NCBI GenBank assembly: GCA_051294375.1
Contig: JBJCIZ010000995.1
Span: 41,371 to 48,141, forward strand
Source of the DNA: Paraspadella gotoi
Taxonomy: Eukaryota > Animalia > Chaetognatha
DNA length: 6,771 nt
Direction: 5' to 3'
Made by a program: the position numbers and the translations under genes. The first letter of the stretch is position 1. Every line of letters starts with the position of its first letter. The notes beneath the pieces are model-generated. The model was not told the DNA's origin and did not search any database. It worked only from the letters and a program-made list of their open reading frames with translations. Of the stretch, positions 1-6,726 are shown piece after piece.

Positions 1-157
1 ATAGAGCCATATTAGAAATTTTTTGTCCATTGAAAGTATTATTAAAAATGTCTAAATATTTGTTTGAGCATGTACTCGCTCTAAATTTTTGACTCACCCT
101 ATTGAGTGCGGCGACCCCTACTAGTATGGTGGACTTAAATCCACCAATCGTTCATCA

Positions 158-230
158 GCGGCCATTGGTGCCGGAGGCAAGTCATTCACCTCCCAACCCA
201 AAGGTCCTGGGTTCTAGCCCAGTGGCTGCC
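158..230 (+). other. tRNA-like sequence (tRNA pseudogene or SINE head)
   Basis: 73 nt. Acceptor stem GCGGCCA (158-164) pairs with TGGCTGC (223-229). T-arm CTGGG/CCCAG around TTCTAG (B-box-like GGTTCTAGCC), A-box-like TGGTGCCGGAGG, variable loop AGGTC. The anticodon stem around CTCCCAA does not pair and the T loop is 6 nt, so this is not a normal tRNA. Confidence 0.7.
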
Positions 231-231
231 T

Positions 232-307
232 AGCAGTTAAGAGGGACGGGGCGCTTAACCCGCCTGTAACATAATGTTACAGCCTGATCTGAAGCTCAGG
301 GACTGCT
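232..307 (+). ncRNA. Putative twister ribozyme, type P5 (copy 1, behind the tRNA-like head)
   Basis: P5 AGCAGT(232-237)/ACTGCT(302-307); TAA; P2' GAGG; GA; T1 CGGG; minimal P1 GCGCT; T^AA (256-258); P2 CCC; T2 GC; P3 CTGTAACAT-A-ATGTTACAG (264-282); P4 CCTGA/TCAGG closing the loop TCTGAAGC (twister L4 pattern UNNNAAGC). T1 contains two G-U pairs. Confidence 0.75.
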
Positions 308-834
308 TATATTGAACGGTTCTGTCATTAACACATATTAATAATTATTGTCTCTTCACTAGCAGGAAATAAATTATCTATATGGCAACCAAAACCAGAT
401 TTGGGCAGCGACCCAAATGACGACAAACCGACAGTAGGTGCATTTGGCCTGCTCCACCCCCAACCCCCACAGACATTCTAGAATTCATGCCTTTTCCACG
501 AAAAGAGAGATTGTCTGTTTGAGCACCTGACAACAAACATTCGCGAGCGACGCGTGTATTATTTTTTTATGCGTGGAAAGGATAATGTCTGCAGGGATCA
601 GACAGGAGCAGACATCGCTGAAAAAAGTGTTCCTATTTTTTTCTCAAAAATTTTATGCTGACCCCTAAGGCTATTATTTTCACGCCCGCATATTTTGTTA
701 CGAAATCGGTTTTGAACCGAACAATAAACTTTGACATTGACAAATCTAGCTTTTGATTCGTTTGACTAATTCATTTTTTTACATTGCAATATTATAAACA
801 AAAGATATTTTTAACAACAGCGTTATATATTATT

Positions 835-1074
835 TTAAACATAGGTTTCGCGATCAACTAATGAAACAAAACTAATGGACCTATAAATATTATTGTTATT
901 ATTATTACGAAAAAAAAGTAAAGATCTGAGAATTTTTTTTTTACATACAATTAATAAGATCATGAAAATCATGCAAATCATGCAAATCACGCAAATGAGG
1001 ATAATGAGCAATAAATGTTCACGCGTGTTATTCCCAGAGGTCACCGGTTCAACAGTAGTAATTGGACTGCTCAT
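835..1074 (-). CDS. 3' part of a putative host terminal exon (stalk, transmembrane helix, cytoplasmic tail), separated from its 5' part by the transposon
   Basis: S/T-rich stretch, a ~24-residue hydrophobic run LLLIILICVICMICMIFMILLIVC, then KKK, and C-terminus ETYV* (TAA at 835-837). Removing the element and one TSD joins it in frame to 6548-6512. Confidence 0.6.
   Translation of the reverse strand: MSSPITTVEPVTSGNNTREHLLLIILICVICMICMIFMILLIVCKKKILRSLLFFRNNNNNNIYRSISFVSLVDRETYV
959..996 (+). repeat. 9-bp tandem repeat (ATCATGCAA) x ~4.2
   Basis: ATCATGAAA ATCATGCAA ATCATGCAA ATCACGCAA AT. Encodes the ICV/ICM/ICM/IFM run of the putative TM helix on the minus strand. Confidence 0.85.
1067..1074 (+). 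repeat. Left target-site duplication CTGCTCAT
   Basis: Identical to 6504-6511 and directly abuts the TIR. Confidence 0.95.
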
Positions 1075-1949
1075 TAGACCTTGCCATATATGAAAAGTTT
1101 TGAAATCAAAAAACGAGTATTGTGTAAATGGTGCCCATACATCATATGAATTTTTTGAACATTTTTTTTCAAAAAAAAATTTACAGTAAATGCTGCCAAC
1201 TTTGAAAAAATGTAAAAAATGGTAAAAATGGACTTTTTGCTAAATATCTTTAAAAGCTTTATTGCTAGAGGGACGAAGCGTAAAAAATTGAATATGTTAC
1301 ATACCTCGCATTATAAATTAAATATTTTTTTCTATGAAAAATTTTTTTTAAAACCAATTGTTTTGGGCAATTTTTGATAAATTTTAAAAAAATGATATTT
1401 TTAACAAATTTTCGTGAAATATTTTTTAAAAAAAATTATAGCGAAATGAATAAAGAGATAATTGCCTTTGTTTTGCTTAAAGAATTTTTAAAAAAGGATT
1501 ATCGGTTAAAGAGTTATAATTTTTTTAAATTAAAAAAAAAATACTTGCCTTAATAATTATTTTTATTTAATAGGTTTGAACTAGGCTTAAAGGGAAAATG
1601 GAATGCACTTTTTTCAGAGTAAATAAAAAAATAGTACATTCTGATTTGACAATGAGTAACTTTAATATCTTGTCTCACCAGGACATTAATTTTTTTTTTT
1701 AAATTTATCATTTTATAATAGGATTATGGCTTTTAAATAAGGTTGTTTTTTTCTATATAAAATAAAAAAAAAAATTGACAAAAGCGATTAAATGATTAAA
1801 AATTGATAAAATGAGACAAAAAGGGTAAAATTAATGAAAGTTAAGCAACTGAGAGAAGATTTGCTTGCTTCTTGTCGGTCAAGAAAAAACAATGGTCATC
1901 AATGGTGCCAAAGAAAGAAAACTAGTTATTCCATTTTTTTCATTCATTA
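1075..1949 (+). repeat. Left terminal inverted repeat (~875 bp)
   Basis: Reverse-complement match to 5604-6503 from the terminus to ...CCATTTTTTTCATTCATTA (1949). Differences are mostly homopolymer lengths, a few substitutions and one 19-nt indel. Confidence 0.95.
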
Positions 1950-2021
1950 TCAATCAATATAAAGAGTCGATTTAGTTTTGATATCTACTGAATATTTTTA
2001 TTGTTATATTTGGAGTTAATA

Positions 2022-2255
2022 ATGTCTTCTATTTATTTGATAAAAACTCTTATAAAAAATCTTCCTTTTTCCAAACTACCGACAAACGCCGATATATTGA
2101 GATATGTCCTATATCTAACTCATGTGGGTATATGTTTACCTAAAGCCATTGATACATGTACAAGAAATATTCTTTCCATCTGGGAAACGGCAGGACTAAT
2201 TCAATGCACCAAACATTTGGTTACCATAAAAAAAGATGTGCTAAAGATATACAAA
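2022..2255 (+). CDS. Transposase exon 1
   Basis: ATG at 2022 within the 2001..2324 ORF (MSSIYLIK...KIYK). Donor AAA|GTAAG at 2256. Confidence 0.75.
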
Positions 2256-2517
2256 GTAAGGATCAATATTACATTATTTAATATGAATATTATATATTCT
2301 AATGTTTTTATTTACATTATGTAACTTGCATAATTTTATTCAATTTTTTGTGCTAAATAAAGAAATGAAATAATGAGGATTTCATGATTTACAACAAGAA
2401 TGTTCATACATGAAAGTCAAAACACGTCTGTTTTTATGTCAAAATATTATTATTCTTAAACTATAAATTTTTTTTCATTTTGGAATTTTACAGATTGTTT
2501 AACTTCACATTTTATAG

Positions 2518-2799
2518 GACTATCGAATTTTGCAAAAGTATCCAAAAATCAAGCAAAACTCCAATTCTTTTAAACAAAAAGAACTTAAGTTTAAAAAAAA
2601 TCTTTCTAAGGGATATTTGGCAATAAATAAAAAAGATATTCAAAAATTGTGTGGAAAAAAAATGGAATTTTTAAATGATCAAATATATGGAAGTCGAAAA
2701 TTTTCAATTGATAAGTCGCATGAAAAAAAAAATGAAATGAATAGATCAGATACATTGGATAAATTTATTGACGAAGGAGCTGGCGGAGATACTCTGAAG
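2518..2799 (+). CDS. Transposase exon 2
   Basis: Acceptor TTTTATAG|GAC, in frame with the 2530 ORF. Donor AAG|GTTTTT at 2800. Confidence 0.75.
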
Positions 2800-2960
2800 G
2801 TTTTTTGTTTAACCTTTTTTAAAATTAATAAGATTATATATAAATAGTTTTGATATTTTATTGAAAGTTAAAATTTAAGAATCAATGTAATTCATTTTAA
2901 AAATTATTTAATTTACTTGTTTTAGCTTGTGATTAATTACCTATTACATTTTATTTTAAG

Positions 2961-3507
2961 GATATGGCGGAGCCAATTATTGAAGAAATGGATTGTAATG
3001 TAGATAATGATCCCGATTTTTTCGTAAAAAAATCAAATAATATTTATATTGATTTGAAAGCACCTAGAGATATTTTATCTTCTAATAAAATACTAGAGGA
3101 AGTGGTTAGGTGCGGCATTAGTTTAAGCCAATGTATTACTTTGGTTGTAGCATTTATAGTAACATGCGGAGGAGATCCTGCTGATTTTATTTTATCCATG
3201 AATACTGAAAGCAGGCGAAAATATAATTTTATGAAAAGTAAAGCAAATACCATAAAAAAATCGTTTAATGCTCCAGATTGTTTTGCTCTTAAATGGGATG
3301 AAAAAAAAATAGGGGAGCATGAAAGATGCAGCATTATTATCTAAGGCGATAACACCTGTATGCACATCGGATCGCCAATATTACCTTCAGGAAAGGCACA
3401 GCATAAAACTGAAAAAATTATTGAGACGTGTCAGAAGTGGGGAATAACAAATACCCATTGTACTGCACCAACTTTTTTAGGTTTTGACACATGTTCTTCC
3501 AATTCGG
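2961..3507 (+). CDS. Transposase exon 3 (both catalytic Asp; contains in-frame TAA at 3342-3344)
   Basis: Acceptor TTTTAAG|GAT. The frame stays open for 54 codons after the TAA (GDNTCMHIG...GFDTCSSNS). Donor G|GTAACT at 3508. Confidence 0.85.
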
Positions 3508-3832
3508 GTAACTAATATCTTCTAAAACATTGATATAAAACTTTTTTTTAATTTTTGGTCGCAGTTAGTGTTTTCCAATGGTAATGACCGTGCTCCTATA
3601 CCAGATCTAAAATCTATAATTTTTAAACTCTTTCTAAATATTAAATTACAAAACGAAAGGAAGGATCCAATACAAAAAATGAACATCTTAAATATAATTT
3701 ACCAACACCCGCACAGTATCATTGGGACACACTGTATATTTTTGAAATTTTAAAATTTTTTACCAAGAATTAAAAATTAATCTTTACTTTATTCATATAA
3801 TATATAATTTTTATATTGGTTGTACCAATTTC

Positions 3833-3866
3833 ATGTCATTATATATGTCATTATATATGTCATTAT
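3833..3866 (+). repeat. 12-bp tandem repeat (ATGTCATTATAT) x ~2.8
   Basis: Directly visible, immediately 5' of twister copy 2. Confidence 0.9.
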
Positions 3867-3926
3867 CTTGTAAGAGTGATGGAGGCCTTAAACCACCAAA
3901 GCCTGTCCAAAGTCAGGGGCAAGATA
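3864..3926 (+). ncRNA. Putative twister ribozyme, type P5 (copy 2, transposase intron 3)
   Basis: P5 TATCTTG/CAAGATA; TAA; P2' GAGT; GA; T1 TGGA(3880-3883) pairs perfectly with TCCA(3906-3909); GGCCT; T^AA (3889-3891); P2 ACC; T2 AC pairs with GT(3912-3913); mini-P3 CAAAG; P4 CCTG/CAGG closing TCCAAAGT. Confidence 0.75.
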
Positions 3927-4001
3927 GCTTATTTATTGAATGAATGGATAATTTTTAAATTGGTTGTACCAATTTCATATATATTTTCTTTTTAAAATAA
4001 G

Positions 4002-4336
4002 GTCAGTTTAATGGAACCGCAAAAAAAATAGAAGAGTATTTTCATCTTAAAATGGGATGGTTAGGTTGTTGGAGACATATTATGGAAATAATCGCATCAG
4101 TTTTATTCAAAAAATATTTATCTACTTCAAAATCTCCAGAGGATGGTTTTTGCAAAATAGTAAAAAATTGGTTAAATCCAAATCTAAAAAATTTTTCATC
4201 AAAATATAAGCCATTATTGCCTTCCTTCCTATCAATAATAAATAAAAAAAGAGAAGCTATGAAAGACTTTTTAAAAAAGACTTTATATGAAGAACAACCG
4301 AGGAAAGACTATAAGGAATTAATCCAACTGAGTTTG
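4002..4336 (+). CDS. Transposase exon 4 (CxxH motif)
   Basis: Acceptor ATAAG|GT completes a Gly codon and reads QFNGTAKKIEEYFHLKMGWLGCWRH. Donor TTG|GTAATT at 4337. Confidence 0.85.
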
Positions 4337-4495
4337 GTAATTATAGATGTATTAAAAATTTATAGTAAAATAGTGTAAAATATTTTGATTCAGTGTGATA
4401 ATTTGTAATCCCTTTTTATTCTGACTGCTAATATATTAAAACTAATTATTAGTTGAATGTAAGAGAGTCTTGATTGAAATGTTGCAGTGACCTGC

Positions 4496-4613
4496 TATGT
4501 CATTATCTTGTAAGAGAGATGGAGGCCTTAGGTCATCAAAGCCTGTCCAAAGTCAGGGGAAAGAGATTTATTAAATGAATAAATAACTTTTATATTGATT
4601 GTACTAATTTCAT
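4496..4613 (+). repeat. ~120-bp diverged copy of 3856-3978
   Basis: Runs from TATGTCATTATCTTGTAAGAG to ...TTGTAC(C/T)AATTTCAT in both intron 3 and intron 4. Confidence 0.9.
4504..4566 (+). ncRNA. Degenerate twister ribozyme copy (copy 3, transposase intron 4)
   Basis: Ungapped homolog of copy 2, 640 bp downstream. T1, P4 and L4 are intact, but TAA is TAG (4529-4531), P2 has a G-A mismatch and a wobble, T2 is weakened (AT/GT) and P5 has two mismatches. Confidence 0.55.
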
Positions 4614-4647
4614 TTATAAATTTATTTTAATATTTTTTTTTTCCAAG

Positions 4648-5418
4648 GTCTTGTTAGGAGAAAACCTAAATAAACCTTTAAAAAAAATTGGAGCTATTAG
4701 CAACGCAAGGTGGATGTCCAAAATTATTTGTTTATTTAAAGCTGCCTTATTAATTGATCATGTTCCTTTTGCAAAAAGTGAAAAACAAACAATATTGAAA
4801 ATGACAGATTTTTTTTTATGTATTTATCTTTATCAGTGGTACAGCTGGAAAAAGGCGGCTGATGCCCCTTTCAATTCTTTGAAACTTATAAAAGACTTAA
4901 CAGAGTGGATGCAAATTGACAAGCCATTAGCTGAAACTGCTTTATTACGTTTTCAAAAACACACATGGTACCTTTGTGCGGAATTAACTCCTTTTTCTTT
5001 ATGTTCGGATTTAGTTAGTGACAGTGAAAAATATGAGATGATATTTGAGATATTAAAATATAAAAATTGTGAATTATCTCTCGGACGTCCTAAAATGGAC
5101 ATAGTTACATCTGAATCAACCCTCTCTTCAAGAATAACTTACAACTCTTTATTTATTTTTCAACGTCAAAACATATCATTAGATTGGATGTTGTATCCTG
5201 TAGAGCAATGGAAAAATTTTGAAAGTTATAAAAGATTTAAATATATCATTAGTAATGTATCAATTATAAATGATAGCTGTGAAAGGGCTGTGCAAACAAC
5301 AAATTTATTAGCCAAAAGATATGAAAATGACGATCACCTGAAAGATGCATTATTAGTTGTAAATGAAGCACGAAAAAACAGGAAAAAAACCATTAAGAAA
5401 GTTTTTGCTCTGAAATGA
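4648..5418 (+). CDS. Transposase exon 5 (RW motif, catalytic Glu)
   Basis: Acceptor T-tract-CCAAG|GTC, in frame with the 4651..5418 ORF. Ends with TGA and has a basic C-terminal tail (RKNRKKTIKK, possible NLS). Confidence 0.9.
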   Translation, partial: VLLGENLNKPLKKIGAISNARWMSKIICLFKAALLIDHVPFAKSEKQTILKMTDFFLCIYLYQWYSWKKAADAPFNSLKLIKDLTEWMQIDKPLAETALLRFQKHTWYLCAELTPFSLCSDLVSDSEKYEMIFEILKYKNCELSLGRPKMDIVTSESTLSSRITYNSLFIFQRQNISLDWMLYPVEQWKNFESYKRFKYIISNVSIINDSCERAVQTTNLLAKRYENDDHLKDALLVVNEARKNRKKTIKKVFALK

Positions 5419-5603
5419 ATATTATTTTTAATTCATCTTTATTTTTATTCATTTATATCTTGTTTCGTTGACGAATTTATCAATAAGTATTAAAACCATT
5501 ATTTATGTACACCCGCCTTACTAAAACTGAATATAAAAATTAGGCATTTTACTTAACACAAATTATAATTCAACTCAGTTTTGGAGAACCAGCTTGATAA
5601 AGG

Positions 5604-6503
5604 TAATGAATGAAAAAAATGGAATAACTAGTTTTCTTTCTTTGGCACCATTGATGACCATTGTTTTTTCTTGACCGACAAGAAGCAAGCAAATCTTCTC
5701 TCAGTTGCTTAACTTTCATTAATTTACCCTTTTTGTCTAATTTTTATCAATTTTTAATCATTTAATCGCCTTTTGTCAATTTTTCTTTTTATTTTATATA
5801 GAAAAAAAACAACCTTATTTAAAAGCCATAATCCTATTATAAAATGATAAATTTAAAAAAAAAAATTAATGTCCTGGAGAGACAAGATATTAAAGTTACT
5901 CATTGTCAAATCAGAATGTACTATTTTTTTATTTACTCTGAGAAAAGTGCATTCCCATTTTCCCTTAAGCCTAGTTCAAACCTATTAAATAAAAATAATT
6001 ATTAAGGCAAGTATTTTTTTTTTAATTTAAAAAAATTATAACTCTTTAACCGATAATCCTTTTTTAAAAATTCTTTAAGCAAAACAAAGGCAATTATCTC
6101 TTTATTCATTTCGCCATATTTTTTTAAAAAAATATTTCACGAAAATTGTTAAAAATATCATTTTTTTAAAAATTTATCAAAAATTGCCCAAAACAATTGG
6201 TTTTAAAAAAAATTTTTCATAGAAAAAAAATTATTTAATTTATAATGCGAGGTATGTAACATATTCAATTTTTTACGCTCTACAAGATAGTTTGGGTTTC
6301 GTCCCTCTAGCAATAAAGCTTTTAAAGATATTTAGCAAAAAGTCCATTTTTTACCATTTTTTTACATTTTTTTCAAAGTTGGCAGCATTTACTGTAAATT
6401 TTTTTTTGAAAAAAAATGTTCAAAAAATTCATATGATGTATGGGCACCATTTACACAATACTCGTTTTTTGATTTCAAAACTTTTCATATATGGCAAGGT
6501 CTA
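5604..6503 (-). repeat. Right terminal inverted repeat (~900 bp)
   Basis: Starts TAATGAATGAAAAAAATGGAATAACTAG and mirrors the left TIR. Carries an extra 19 nt (6280-6298). Confidence 0.95.
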
Positions 6504-6511
6504 CTGCTCAT
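6504..6511 (+). repeat. Right target-site duplication CTGCTCAT
   Basis: Identical to 1067-1074 and directly abuts the TIR. Confidence 0.95.
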
Positions 6512-6548
6512 GTTAATCGCCAAGATTGTATTCGGCATTGGAGCAAAT
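6504..6548 (-). CDS. 5' part of the interrupted host terminal exon
   Basis: Minus-strand acceptor ...TTTGTATATTTTTTAAG| at 6550-6549. Reads FAPMPNTILAINMS into the TSD. Confidence 0.55.
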
Positions 6549-6620
6549 CTTAAAAAATATACAAATAAAATATTAAAATGTATAGTAATTACAAATTTGA
6601 TAATATTTATTATTACTTAC

Positions 6621-6726
6621 GTGCTCTCCTTCTCAAAATAATAGTCTTTTATAGCCATCTTTTCAGTTTTGTTAACTTCGTAATAAATTTTTTTCAGAGA
6701 GCAAGTTTTAGCCCAAATCGTTTTAC
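6621..6726 (-). CDS. Putative upstream host exon (106 nt)
   Basis: Minus-strand acceptor CTACAG| (6728-6727) and consensus donor |GTAAGT (6620-6615). Open frame KTIWAKTCSLKKIYYEVNKTEKMAIKDYYFEKES. A 72-nt phase-2 intron joins it in frame to the next exon. Confidence 0.55.

Larger units (their letters stand above)
3804..3978 (+). repeat. 31-bp direct repeats (3804-3834, 3948-3978) bracketing twister copy 2
   Basis: ATAATTTTTATATTGGTTGTACCAATTTCAT vs ATAATTTTTAAATTGGTTGTACCAATTTCAT, one mismatch. Confidence 0.9.
2022..5418 (+). pseudogene. Spliced hATm-like DDE transposase: join(2022..2255,2518..2799,2961..3507,4002..4336,4648..5418), 2169 nt, one premature TAA at 3342-3344
   Basis: Four GT-AG introns (2256-2517, 2800-2960, 3508-4001, 4337-4647; phases 0,0,1,0) join the separate ORFs in frame. 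Motifs in order: KLPT..IW, FLNDQ..RK, WDEK (D 3297-3299), FDTCSSNSG (D 3486-3488), CWRH (CxxH, 4067-4078), PRKDYKEL, GAISNARWMSK, HTWYLCAEL, INDSCERAV (E 5281-5283). Confidence 0.88.
1075..6503 (+). mobile_element. Complete hAT-superfamily (hATm-like) DNA transposon with long TIRs
   Basis: Begins TAGACCTTGCCATATATGAAAAG at 1075 and ends with the exact reverse complement ...CTTTTCATATATGGCAAGGTCTA at 6503. Flanked by identical 8-mers CTGCTCAT and encloses a DDE transposase gene. An 8-bp TSD and 5'-TAG termini are established hAT hallmarks. The hATm subgroup call rests on recalled motifs, not a search. Confidence 0.93.

Noticed and set aside
158-230. Functional tRNA-Gly(CCC)
   Set aside because: The anticodon stem is unpaired, the D arm is poor and the T loop is one nt short.
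399-720. Scattered short hairpins (ATTTGGG/CCCAAAT, ATGTCTGC/GCAGACAT, TCGGTT/AACCGA)
   Set aside because: Stems are only 6-8 bp with no recognisable family motif or boundaries. This may be old repeat DNA but cannot be supported here.
971-987. Two octamer motifs ATGCAAAT
   Set aside because: By-product of the 9-bp repeat within a probable coding exon, with no promoter context.
1066-1074. 9-bp TSD ACTGCTCAT (would suggest Mutator)
   Set aside because: The A at 6503 is the TIR partner of T1075. Symmetric TAG...CTA ends give an 8-bp TSD, and the protein motifs are hAT-like.
893-1093. 66-aa plus-strand ORF
   Set aside because: It is the antisense shadow of the putative host exon, runs through the 9-bp repeat and ends inside the TIR. 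It starts at TTG rather than ATG.
2489-2493. Alternative acceptor TACAG for intron 1
   Set aside because: A phase-0 join reads ATT GTT TAA, an immediate stop.
3044-3334. 96-aa minus-strand ORF
   Set aside because: Antisense to transposase exon 3, with no independent features.
3342-3344. Alternative genetic code (TAA = Gln)
   Set aside because: Only one in-frame TAA/TAG in 723 codons, while Gln is otherwise encoded by CAA/CAG.
3568-3753. 61-aa ORF
   Set aside because: Lies in intron 3, starts at GTG, and exons 3 and 4 join correctly without it.
3876-3920. C/D snoRNA or hammerhead ribozyme in the intronic repeat
   Set aside because: No conserved RTGATGA/CTGA box pair and no CTGATGA...GAAA core on either strand. 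The twister fold explains the conservation.
3804-4613. CRISPR-like array
   Set aside because: Spliced eukaryotic context, irregular spacing, and no unique spacers of uniform length.
6292-6516. 74-aa ORF
   Set aside because: Low-complexity F/K-rich translation of the right TIR that crosses the element boundary.
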